Source: Roseibacillus sp.
GTDB lineage: Bacteria; Verrucomicrobiota; Verrucomicrobiia; Verrucomicrobiales; Akkermansiaceae
Length of the DNA: 64,000 bases
NCBI GenBank assembly: GCA_965242925.1
Contig: CBDEUM010000014.1
Span: forward strand, 32,001-96,000
Direction: 5' to 3'
Shown here: piece after piece, positions 24,565-33,912 of the stretch
Layout of the letters: every line of letters begins with the position of its first letter
How positions within the stretch are numbered: the stretch's first letter is position 1
Made by a program: the position numbers and the translations under genes
Notes under the pieces: generated by a model
The model's database searches: none
The model's input: only the letters and a program-made list of their open reading frames with translations
What the model was told of the DNA's origin: nothing

Positions 24565-25326
24565 ATGAAACGATATGCCTTGATCAAGCCCGCCGTCCTT
24601 GCTGGTTCGGCCCTCTTCGCGGGATTCGCCCTTGCCGGTGAGCCTGCTCCCAAAGCGGCTATTACCCCTGCTCCTTCGTCGGACCTCGAAGTCAGTTTCG
24701 GGGTGGGATATACCTCTGAGGATGTCTGGCGAGGCAACAATAGAGGAGATGACCTCTTCGATGCCAGTATCGGAGTGTCCGGAAGCGGATCCTTGGGTGG
24801 TCTCGGAGACCTCGATCTGTCTGCTGGCCTTCATCTCCTCACCAGAAGCAATGGGACGCGATCTGCCACATCAGGCGCCCAGGAACTGCGTATCAACATG
24901 GAAGCCTCCAAATCGCTGGGCTGCTTTGACCTCGCGGTCGGGGTCACCAACTACTCCGGGTTCGGGGATTGGAGCGGCAGGGAGGACCTCCTTGAGCCCT
25001 ATGTCGCTCTCATTACCAAATTGGCCGGCTTGAACGTCGGTATCGGCGTCTACGATGATCACAACGACGTGACCGGCAGTGATGATCCCTACATCGAAAT
25101 CACTGCAAGCAGGTCCGTGGCCCTTGGTGGTCTCGGACTCAGCGTAGAAGGCGTTGTTGGCACTTGGAACGAATTCGATGATACCCACTACGGCCTCTCG
25201 ATTTGTCGGCCCATTGCCGCTTCCGACAGCATCACCGTCACTCCCCATGTCTCGGCGATCTTCGGGGATACTTCCTCTGGTGATGACGAGTTCACCGCGG
25301 GCGTGAATCTCGGCTTTGGATTTTAA
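24565..25326 (+). CDS. Outer-membrane beta-barrel protein (TorF/gcw_chp-like), copy 1
   Basis: Signal peptide, YTSEDVWRG, alternating beta strands, C-terminal Phe. Confidence 0.7.
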   Translation: MKRYALIKPAVLAGSALFAGFALAGEPAPKAAITPAPSSDLEVSFGVGYTSEDVWRGNNRGDDLFDASIGVSGSGSLGGLGDLDLSAGLHLLTRSNGTRSATSGAQELRINMEASKSLGCFDLAVGVTNYSGFGDWSGREDLLEPYVALITKLAGLNVGIGVYDDHNDVTGSDDPYIEITASRSVALGGLGLSVEGVVGTWNEFDDTHYGLSICRPIAASDSITVTPHVSAIFGDTSSGDDEFTAGVNLGFGF

Positions 25327-25359
25327 GGGCTCTGGAATCGTAGGATCTTCTAACCTTCA

Positions 25360-25385
25360 GGGGGAGCCACTAGGCTCCCCCTTTT
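25360..25385 (+). terminator. Intrinsic terminator
   Basis: GGGGGAGCC-ACTA-GGCTCCCCC-TTTT. Confidence 0.88.
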
Positions 25386-25555
25386 CGTGTTTATCAGCCC
25401 CAGATCCGTTTTTTTGACCCTTCCCTCCGGTCTCACCGGGGAATTATTGACTCTTAAAAATGGGGCGAAACCTCGATCCTGTCCTCTTATGAGGTGATCT
25501 CACGTGATTCTGCAGGTTGTAAAAGGGCTCAGAAAACGGTAAAGGGCTCCCCGTC

Positions 25556-26281
25556 ATGAAACTAAACGTGTTCATCAAGCCTGCCGTCCTTGCTGGATCG
25601 GCACTCTTCGCAGGATTCGCCCTTGCTGGCGATCCCTCCTCCAAAGCAGCTATTGCCGCTGCTTCTTCGTCAAACCTCGCGGTCAATTTCGGCGCAGGTT
25701 ATTCGTCCGATTATGTCTTTCGCGGAAACAACAACGGAGCTGACCTCTTTGACGCCAGCATCGGTGTTTCCGGCAGCGGGGACAATTTCGACTGGGCGGC
25801 TGGCCTCTGGCTCGCTTCCTATGAGGGTGGCAATGAGTTGGACATCCATATGTCGGCGTCCAAGTCACTCAGCGACAATCTGGATCTGACGCTTGGAGTC
25901 ACCAACTACTCCTACTTCGGGGGTGCTGCCGGCGGTGACGACCTTGAGCCCTATGTTTCCCTGGGTACCTCTGTGGGAGGGATCTGCCTGGGTGTTGCGG
26001 CATACTACAACGAGAGCGGCGCAGCCGCTGCCCACGACATCTACTGGGAGCTCACCGCTGGTCTGGTAGAAATGGACCTTGGTGGCAATATGACGCTCGG
26101 TATCTCGGGTGTGCTCGGTCACTTCGATGATGGTCCGGTTGATACCTTCTACGGTATTAGTGCCGGCCTGAGCATCGCCGCTTCGGACAGCATCACCGTT
26201 ACTCCTCACATCACGCACACCATTGATGGTGAGAGCGGCGACGAGACCGTCACCGGCGTGAGTGTTAATTTCGCATTCTAG
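25556..26281 (+). CDS. Outer-membrane beta-barrel protein (TorF/gcw_chp-like), copy 2
   Basis: Near-identical signal peptide, YSSDYVFRG, ELD motif, C-terminal Phe. Confidence 0.75.
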   Translation: MKLNVFIKPAVLAGSALFAGFALAGDPSSKAAIAAASSSNLAVNFGAGYSSDYVFRGNNNGADLFDASIGVSGSGDNFDWAAGLWLASYEGGNELDIHMSASKSLSDNLDLTLGVTNYSYFGGAAGGDDLEPYVSLGTSVGGICLGVAAYYNESGAAAAHDIYWELTAGLVEMDLGGNMTLGISGVLGHFDDGPVDTFYGISAGLSIAASDSITVTPHITHTIDGESGDETVTGVSVNFAF

Positions 26282-26315
26282 TCTGAGCGAGACGACTCAA
26301 TTTTGATATACCGGG

Positions 26316-26342
26316 AAGGGGAGCCGTCAGGCTCCCCTTTTT
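26316..26342 (+). terminator. Intrinsic terminator
   Basis: AAGGGGAGCC-GTCA-GGCTCCCCTT-TTT. Confidence 0.88.
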
Positions 26343-27370
26343 GCGTCCCTTGTTCCACCTTACCCTGTTCCTCCTCATGGGGACTCGCTGGAAGCAGCAA
26401 ACAACCCTTCCTGCCCGCATCGAAGTCCTCTCCCTCACTTTTCACGAGTCCAAGATCGTATCGCGCAGCGACCCCGTACTCGGCTGGCGGGTCACCCCCT
26501 ACGCCTACTTCCTCCTCAAGTGCAGGGGCCCCGAAGTGGACAGCATCCCTCCGCTCTCCATCGATCTCGATTTCCTCGACACCTCCGGCTATGTGGTCCT
26601 GCCCATTTCCACCTCTGCCCTTCCCATCGATGCCTCCAAGCCATCCCAGGCGCGACCCGTGCGCGACTTGAAGGTTGCCCTCACTCTCGATGAACGGACC
26701 GCGGAAGAGGAGGATAGCCTCCACCTCGATGTGAAAGCTTCGGGTCACGGGCTCATTCCACCCTTGGAAGTTCTGCTCGATCTCCCGCCCGCCGGCTTCA
26801 CAATTGCCGACACCGAAGACCGCGAACTTCTCATCGAGGAACTCGATGCCGAAACCGATGACGGTGCGCCCCTCTCAACCCACGAGTGGCGCGTCAAGCT
26901 CGTTCCGGAAGGAGACCGCGCCCCCAAGGAGTTTACCTTTCCCTCCGTGCAGGTCGAGACCGCGGGGGAAGAGGGACTGACCCTGCAACGCTACGAGGAT
27001 GTCGACCTCGTTTCCGTTCCCGCCACCGTCACCCTCGGCGCCAGGATGGGCCTTGGCTTCACCGTGGCTCCTCCTCCTTATCATTCCAGCCCTGGCCCTC
27101 CTCTCCTTCGTCCTCCGGTTGGTTCTGCGCCGCAGCGGACCGTCTCCGGTCCCCTACACCGGGCCAGACGTCCCCTCCACCCTCACCCCAGTCACACTCC
27201 TCGCCTTCCTTAAGCGGCTCCGCGCCTACGAGGGACTAAGCAAGGATCGACGTAGAGCTCTCGAATCCGAGATCACCCTCCTGCAAGACCGCTTCTTCGG
27301 ACCCGGACAGGAGAGCGCGGCCACCACCGATCTCCACGAAATCGCCCTCAAGTGGAAGCCCGCCGCTTAG
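26341..27370 (+). pseudogene. Frameshifted, probably 5'-truncated membrane-anchored protein remnant
   Basis: Protein-like frame 26341 turns low-complexity at ~27045, where the overlapping frame gives a TM helix and tail ending at 27370. No good start; it abuts the terminator. Confidence 0.55.
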
Positions 27371-27390
27371 ACTGGTTGCCGGCCAGCGGT

Positions 27391-28764
27391 CTAACTTGAG
27401 GCTTCCGGTTTCGGCTCCAGGATGCCCTTCTCTCCTTCGCTCTTCGCGATCACCACCGCTGCGCAGGAATCGCCAAGCACATTGACTGCGGTACGGCTCA
27501 TGTCGAGCAGGCGATCGACAGCGAGCAGGGTCATGATCGCGATCTCCGCTCCCGGGATCCCGGAGTTCAGGAGAATGATGAAGATCGCCACCAGGCTGGC
27601 CGAAGGAATTCCCGCCACCCCGATACTGGTGAGCAGAGCCGCCAGCACCACGATGAATTGCTGCCCGAAGCCCATCTCAATGTTCATTACCTGTGCCACG
27701 AAGATGACCGCCACGCACTCATAGAGCGCAGTGCCGTTCATGTTGACCGTCGCGCCAAGCGGAAGGGTGAAGCTGGCGATCTTCTTGGAAACACCGGCAT
27801 TGTCCTGAACACAGCGCATGGTCACCGGCAGAGTAGCGGAAGAGGAGGCTGTGGAAAAAGCGGTCAGAAGGGCGGTCCGCATGGCCCTGAAGTGCGCCAG
27901 CGGGCTGACCTTTCCCACGTAGCGCAGGATGAGTGGCATGATCACCACAAAGTGAATGAGGAGGGATGTCAGCACCGTGAAGAAGTACTTGCCAAGAACC
28001 AAGAAGATCTCGCCGCCCGACTTGTAAACCACGGGAAGTAACAGCGCGTACACCCCGATCGGAGCGAGCGCCATGATCCAACGCGTCAGCAGGATCATGA
28101 CATCATTCAGCGATTGAAAGAACTCCCGCATGGTCCCCATGCTGTCCACGGGCAATCGCGTGATGGCCACCGCAAAGAGAATGCTGAAGAAGATCAGCCC
28201 TAACATCGCACGGTTGTCCGAGGCCGCCTTCATCACATTGGCGGGAATCATCCCCTTGACGAAATTGGCCATCAGCTTGAAGAATCCGCCCGATCCGGGC
28301 CCGATGCCTTCGGCCTCGGCCTTTGCTGCCGCGACCTTCTCCTTGTCGGTCTCCGAAGCACCCTCGAATTGATCCTTGAATGCTTTCTCGATGGTCTCAT
28401 TCGGCTCGCCGTCAGTGAGTCCCGGCTTGATGAGATTGACCATGGACAGCCCCACCAGAATCGCGAAGAGGCCGGTGAACGCGTAGAAGCCGGCTGTCTT
28501 CCCGAGCATGCGCCCAAATCCCTCCATCCCGTGCAGGCTCGCAATACCCGCCACTACCGAGGAGACAATCAGGGGCACGATGATCATCTTCAACAGGTTC
28601 ATGAAGACGTCCTTGCCGAGGAATTCAAAGGTCTTCACCGCACCTGAGACGAATCCCGAAGCCCCCGACCCGTTCCCATTATCGATACTACGAAACAGGA
28701 AGGCAGTCAGCGTCGCCAGGACCAGCGCCGCGAGGATTTGCCAGTGCGGCTTGATCTTCGTCAT
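27391..28764 (-). CDS. Dicarboxylate/amino acid:cation symporter (DAACS, GltP-like)
   Basis: [26 protein letters not shown] and [16 protein letters not shown] motifs. Confidence 0.93.
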   Translation of the reverse strand: MTKIKPHWQILAALVLATLTAFLFRSIDNGNGSGASGFVSGAVKTFEFLGKDVFMNLLKMIIVPLIVSSVVAGIASLHGMEGFGRMLGKTAGFYAFTGLFAILVGLSMVNLIKPGLTDGEPNETIEKAFKDQFEGASETDKEKVAAAKAEAEGIGPGSGGFFKLMANFVKGMIPANVMKAASDNRAMLGLIFFSILFAVAITRLPVDSMGTMREFFQSLNDVMILLTRWIMALAPIGVYALLLPVVYKSGGEIFLVLGKYFFTVLTSLLIHFVVIMPLILRYVGKVSPLAHFRAMRTALLTAFSTASSSATLPVTMRCVQDNAGVSKKIASFTLPLGATVNMNGTALYECVAVIFVAQVMNIEMGFGQQFIVVLAALLTSIGVAGIPSASLVAIFIILLNSGIPGAEIAIMTLLAVDRLLDMSRTAVNVLGDSCAAVVIAKSEGEKGILEPKPEASS

Positions 28765-29023
28765 CCTCGGCATCCTACCCAAATTCGGACCCTGCGGTCA
28801 AATCCTCCCGTCAGATCCGCGATGTCACCACGATCAGGAATCAACCTTTTGTCGCCGGGAATCGAAATCCCTCCCCCTGCCAGCGCTTCGGTGGAGCGGA
28901 CTTTGGAAGCCATCGTCTTCGCACGCCGATCGCCCACTCCGGGCTGACTGGGAAGTTTCCCTAATCTCTTCTTTCAGCCCTGCCACCATTGCCGGCTTGG
29001 CAATCCGGCGCTATACGAAGTCG

Positions 29024-30334
29024 ATGTCACGCCCGGTCCGCACCCGCTTCGCTCCCTCACCCACCGGCTATCTCCATGTTGGAGGGGCCCGAACCGCGCT
29101 TTTCAACTGGCTCTTTGCCCGCCAGCACGGGGGTGCCTTCATTCTCCGGGTGGAAGACACCGACGAGGCCCGCAACACCAGGGAGGCCCGGGACGCCATC
29201 TTCAACGGGATGCGCTGGCTGGGCCTGGACTGGGATGAGGGCCACGAGACCGGCGGCGCCTGTGGGCCCTACTTCCAGTCGGAGCGCTCGGAAATTTACG
29301 AGAGATGGTTTGAGAAACTGCGCACGTCCGACCGTGTCTACCAGGACGAAGGAGCCTGGCGCTTCCGCTTCGAACGCAGACCGGTCACCGTGCACGACCT
29401 GGTGTGCGGCGAAGTCACCATTGACTACCGTGACGAGTCCAACACGCCCGATATGGTAGTGCGGCGCTCGGATGGCTCCTTTGTCTTTCATTTTGTCAAC
29501 GTGGTGGACGACATCGAAATGGAAATGAGCCACGTCATCCGTGGTGAGGATCACCTCATGAATACCCCCAAGCACCTCCAACTCTTCGAGGCGCTGGACC
29601 AGCATCCGCCCGCCTACGCACACATCCCGTTGATCATGAATGCGGATGGCAGCAAGATGTCCAAGCGTGACCAGGGAGCGGCGGTCCACGAATACCAGGA
29701 GCGCGGGTTCCTCCCGGCCGCAGTGAATAATTTCATCGCCCTCCTCGGATGGTCCCCGAAAGACGACGACGAGTTCTTTTCGACTCCGGATCTGGTGGAA
29801 CGGTTTTCGCTGGAAGCCGTCAACCGCTCCCCCTCGCGCTTCGACTGGGACAAGTGCCAGTGGTTCAACCAGCAACACCTCATGGCCCTCCCTCCCGGTG
29901 AGTTTGCGGCCGCGGCAAAACCCCATGTGGAGCGCTCGGGCTTCGTCATGACCGGGGACTATGAAGCGATGGTGGCCAGCGTGCAGGAGAAGGTCCAGAC
30001 GCTCTCCGAGGTGGCCGGGATGATCGACTTCTATCTCGAATTGCCTCCTCCAGACGAAGAGACCATGGGCAAGGTGCGTAAAAACAGTGATGCGGCCGCC
30101 CTCCTCGGCGACCTTGCCACGCGAATGCAGGAGGTCACCGACTGGTCGCTGGCCACGGAGGCAATCGCCGCCACGGCCGAGGCGCACGGCGTCAAACCAG
30201 GCAGGCTCATGTTCCCCCTGCGGGTAGCCCTTTCCCGCCGGACTGCAGGTCCGGCCCTGAACGACATGCTTGCCATTCTGGGAAAAGAGGAGTCCATTCG
30301 CCGTATCGAACTCCTGACCGGAGATCTCTCCTGA
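29024..30334 (+). CDS. gltX: Glutamate--tRNA ligase
   Basis: RFAPSPTGYLHVGG, IRGEDH, KMSKR and anticodon-domain PLRVAL. Confidence 0.93.
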   Translation: MSRPVRTRFAPSPTGYLHVGGARTALFNWLFARQHGGAFILRVEDTDEARNTREARDAIFNGMRWLGLDWDEGHETGGACGPYFQSERSEIYERWFEKLRTSDRVYQDEGAWRFRFERRPVTVHDLVCGEVTIDYRDESNTPDMVVRRSDGSFVFHFVNVVDDIEMEMSHVIRGEDHLMNTPKHLQLFEALDQHPPAYAHIPLIMNADGSKMSKRDQGAAVHEYQERGFLPAAVNNFIALLGWSPKDDDEFFSTPDLVERFSLEAVNRSPSRFDWDKCQWFNQQHLMALPPGEFAAAAKPHVERSGFVMTGDYEAMVASVQEKVQTLSEVAGMIDFYLELPPPDEETMGKVRKNSDAAALLGDLATRMQEVTDWSLATEAIAATAEAHGVKPGRLMFPLRVALSRRTAGPALNDMLAILGKEESIRRIELLTGDLS

Positions 30335-30348
30335 GGACGAGGACGCAC

Positions 30349-31284
30349 ATGAAGGATGTCTATACTCTCGATGACCTGGTAAGCCGTTCACGGTTGGACG
30401 AGGGAGCAGAACAACCCGCTCGCCTCGCTGTGCTCGGGTCCCCGGTCGCTCACTCCCTCTCCCCTCAACTCCATCAGGCTGCCCTGGATGAGACGGGAAC
30501 CGGAGGACGCTACATCCGTCTCGAGGTGCCTGCCGGGGAAGTGGCCGGAACCCTCGACCGCCTGCAGGAACTCGAATTCATCGGTGCCAACATCACGGTC
30601 CCCCACAAGTTCGAAGCCCTCTCCGCTGCCGACGAGGTGGATGGCGCGGCCGCCATGCTCGGGGCCGTGAACACCATTCTCTTTGAACGCGGACGCAAGC
30701 TCGCCTTCAATACGGACGGACCCGGATTCGTGCGTGCCATCCACGAGGAGTTTCTGGTGGATGTGAAGGACCTGCGCATCATGGTGGTTGGCGCGGGCGG
30801 AGGTGCCGGGCAAGCCATCGCCGCCCAGTGCGCACGGGAAGGATGCGAACGGCTCGTATTGGTCAACCGCACGGTAGAGAAGGCCGAGGAACTGGCTTTG
30901 CGCCTCTCTCCCTGTTTCGAGAGCGAGCGTCTGGAGGGCCCGGGGGAACGTCTCCAGGTCTTCTCTCCCGACTCTCCGCAACTGGTACCTGTGTCCGATC
31001 ATATCGACCTCATCGTCAACACCACCTCGGTGGGTCTCAAGCGAACCGATCCATCGCCACTGCCTCCCGCCTGCCTCCAGCCTCACCATCTTGTCTTCGA
31101 CACCATCTACAATCCGCCGCAGACCCGCCTGCTGGGAGAGGCCTCCCAGGTGGGTGCGAGAAGCGCCAATGGCCTTTCCCTCCTTCTCTACCAGGGAGTG
31201 CTTTCCTTTGAGCTCTGGTTTCCCGGCCAGCACCCACTCACAACCATGCACTCGGCCCTCCAAGCCACGCTCAGCCACCCCTGA
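30349..31284 (+). CDS. aroE: Shikimate dehydrogenase
   Basis: HSLSP, GANITVPHK, GAVNT, NTDG and GAGGAG motifs. Confidence 0.93.
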   Translation: MKDVYTLDDLVSRSRLDEGAEQPARLAVLGSPVAHSLSPQLHQAALDETGTGGRYIRLEVPAGEVAGTLDRLQELEFIGANITVPHKFEALSAADEVDGAAAMLGAVNTILFERGRKLAFNTDGPGFVRAIHEEFLVDVKDLRIMVVGAGGGAGQAIAAQCAREGCERLVLVNRTVEKAEELALRLSPCFESERLEGPGERLQVFSPDSPQLVPVSDHIDLIVNTTSVGLKRTDPSPLPPACLQPHHLVFDTIYNPPQTRLLGEASQVGARSANGLSLLLYQGVLSFELWFPGQHPLTTMHSALQATLSHP

Positions 31285-31377
31285 ACCGGGAAATCAGACC
31301 ATCCAGAGGAGAACTGACCAGTCGCGACAGAGGCCAGAAACCATTCTGGAGTTGATTCAAACTGGCCTCCAGGCCCC

Positions 31378-32490
31378 TCAGGGAAGGACCCACTCCTCCG
31401 TGACCAGTTCCATGATCTCCAACTGGTTCACCTTCCCCCCCCCCGCCGGTTTCGACACGCGGACAATAGCGCGGACTTCCTCTTTCCGGTCCAGGATGAA
31501 ACGACCGAAATGAAAGAGACTGAGAAGTTCTTCATCAAGGGAAGATCCCGCCGGAACAAACCCCCAGAGCTGCAGATCCGCCCCGGGCATGGTAATGAGA
31601 TACCAGGAACGCTCCTGGTCTGGCTTGCTGTCAAAATGCGGCTCCTTGTGGAGAAAGCAGCGCAGCATTACGTTTCGCTCCGCCACAGCCGTCGACACTT
31701 CGCTGATGGGCACTTCGGACCAGGCGGTTGAGGCGGCCCAGTCCATCCGGAGGCCCTCTTCCGGTTTGACGAAGTAGGAACGAAAAGTGCTCTGATCTTC
31801 CCGCAATCCCTCCAGAACAAGATAACCGACATTCTTGGTATTCCCGATGCTCCATTGAAACTGCCGCGGATCGGTGGTCATGAACCCCGAGGCCCAACCG
31901 AGCCCGCGGGTGGCAATCTGCCTGAGGGTAACCTCCTCGCGACGGAAAACCGCATCGGGCACAGTTCCCTCGGCGGACTGGTTCAGCTTGTCGAGGATTC
32001 CGATCGAACTGACGAAGGAATCGTGCGGATTGTTCTCGAACCAGGCCCTCGGTCCCATCGGCTCAAACTTTCCTTCCTCTTCAGAGACGTTGAAGCTGAA
32101 GTTGAGCTTGTTGTCATCACGCGAATTCCCTTTCTCCCCTCTGGTGAGAAGAAAAGCCGTGACGATGGCAAGCACGGGAATGAGAAGGGAGAAAACCCAT
32201 AGCAGGATCCGGGGAAAACCCCGCTGGCCACTTCTGTCATCACCCCAACGCTCCTCTACCGGTTTGCCCTCCTGCTGTGCTTCCTTGGCAGACTTCAGGC
32301 GAGCCAGCTGGTCCTTCAGACCGATCGCACCCATCTCCTCGTCAGCATGCATATCCCGCAGAATCTCCCGCTTCTTCAGGAAAAGTGTCTTGCGGGACTC
32401 GCTGCGCCGCTTACGGCGTTTCCGGACGACCCTCATGCCTTCCGGCAGCCCCTTGGAGGAGTCATTCGAACTGGATTCGTTATCGGCCAT
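31378..32490 (-). CDS. Hypothetical single-TM protein (array paralogue D)
   Basis: Basic patch, TM helix, DWAAS and NQLEIMEL..W motifs shared with neighbours. Confidence 0.75.
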   Translation of the reverse strand: MADNESSSNDSSKGLPEGMRVVRKRRKRRSESRKTLFLKKREILRDMHADEEMGAIGLKDQLARLKSAKEAQQEGKPVEERWGDDRSGQRGFPRILLWVFSLLIPVLAIVTAFLLTRGEKGNSRDDNKLNFSFNVSEEEGKFEPMGPRAWFENNPHDSFVSSIGILDKLNQSAEGTVPDAVFRREEVTLRQIATRGLGWASGFMTTDPRQFQWSIGNTKNVGYLVLEGLREDQSTFRSYFVKPEEGLRMDWAASTAWSEVPISEVSTAVAERNVMLRCFLHKEPHFDSKPDQERSWYLITMPGADLQLWGFVPAGSSLDEELLSLFHFGRFILDRKEEVRAIVRVSKPAGGGKVNQLEIMELVTEEWVLP

Positions 32491-32541
32491 GGGGATTGAG
32501 GGGGAAGAAAACAGGATAATCTCTTTCAGGGCAAAGGCAAT

Positions 32542-33912
32542 TCAGCGCCCATCTCCCGTGCCCGCATCCGGTTTCAACAGACTCTCCCCATCGCTCTCGG
32601 CAGGCACTACATGGCTAAAATCCTCCTCATAGCCATCCGCCAGCCAGTTCCCGGCCAAAACTTTGCCAACCTTCAAGAGGCGCCGGTTGTCGGCTGTGCT
32701 CTCCCAGTAGAGCTTGACCCGGACCCGCCGTAAGCCCTTGGGATCGTCGTGCCAGAGCCCGGGCTGACCCAGTTCCCAACTCTCCGGATCGCGCTCCAGA
32801 ATCTCCTGCAGCCGCAGGCCGCTCTCGGAATCCCGTGCTACCACCACGGGTGGAGAATCCTGCCGCCATATTTCACTGCGATCCTCCCGGGGTTCGAAGA
32901 ACTTCAGGACCATCACGGCTTGTCCCTCCTGAAACCTCCCCGTCGTGCGCCGCACAAAAAGGCGGAACTCACCGGGAACATTGTTCCCCTCGATGTCGGA
33001 CCGGAAGAGTTGCCAGGAGTTCGCCGAATACCTCACCAGTGCCTCCCAGTCGATCGCCCACCGGCTTCCATCACGCATGAAGGTCACCTCCCGGAAGTAG
33101 GGTTCCGGCTGCTCTGCCGCGGGTTGACCGTCCTCATCCTCCACCGGCGCAAAGTCCACCTGGAAGACCGCCTCGATCACGGGATCATCAGGCGAATGAA
33201 GAATGAGGTTGGCCCTCAATACCGTGACCCTGCTGCCGACAGGCAACTTCCACATCTGGTTCCGTTCGTAGTAGCTCACCATCTTCGGAGCAATCTTCGC
33301 CGAATCCCAGACAAACTGTGCCCGGCCAGTCCAGATTGGCTCCTTGAGAAATCCAAGCAGGATGGCGTGACAAGCGGGCATCTCCTTGCGCAGCAACTCC
33401 TCCATTCCTGCCTGCAAGGAGGCCCGTCGCCCGTCCTCCTCCTTCTCCTCACTGTCACTCTCCGAATCCGCCACACCCTCGCGGTACTTCATGAGAATCA
33501 CCACCAGCATCACCAGGATAGCCCATCCACCGAGGAAGAGCAGGGGGCCAATAACGATCCTCTTGCGCTTCTTGCGACGCCGTACCACCTTCTTGTTCCC
33601 GTCGTCGGAAACAATCTCGTCAGTAGGCCGTAAGGAATCTGCTTTGCTCTCGGCCTTGATCTCGTCAACCGTCATCGCCTCAGAGAGCACTGGCGCAACC
33701 CGGCCTGCGGGACGGCGGCGTGTGCTCACATTCCGCTGAACCATCGCTCCGCTGGCGGTAGCGGTCGGCTGTTCAACCATGCGGGGTGTGATGGATAACG
33801 ACTTACCCAATTCATACCCGCACTCTCCGCAAGTCCGCTCAGCATCAGTCTCCACCGAGACCAGAGCACCACAGGATGGGCAGTGATAAAATTCCTGCGA
33901 GGTTTCAGGCAT
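32542..33912 (-). CDS. Hypothetical Zn-ribbon single-TM protein (array paralogue C)
   Basis: CPSCG...CGECG, basic patch, TM helix, IDWEA motif. Confidence 0.78.
   Translation of the reverse strand: MPETSQEFYHCPSCGALVSVETDAERTCGECGYELGKSLSITPRMVEQPTATASGAMVQRNVSTRRRPAGRVAPVLSEAMTVDEIKAESKADSLRPTDEIVSDDGNKKVVRRRKKRKRIVIGPLLFLGGWAILVMLVVILMKYREGVADSESDSEEKEEDGRRASLQAGMEELLRKEMPACHAILLGFLKEPIWTGRAQFVWDSAKIAPKMVSYYERNQMWKLPVGSRVTVLRANLILHSPDDPVIEAVFQVDFAPVEDEDGQPAAEQPEPYFREVTFMRDGSRWAIDWEALVRYSANSWQLFRSDIEGNNVPGEFRLFVRRTTGRFQEGQAVMVLKFFEPREDRSEIWRQDSPPVVVARDSESGLRLQEILERDPESWELGQPGLWHDDPKGLRRVRVKLYWESTADNRRLLKVGKVLAGNWLADGYEEDFSHVVPAESDGESLLKPDAGTGDGR

Noticed and set aside
28508..29023. N-terminal extension of GltX (608-aa ORF)
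   Set aside because: Overlaps the divergent symporter; the conserved start is ATG 29024.
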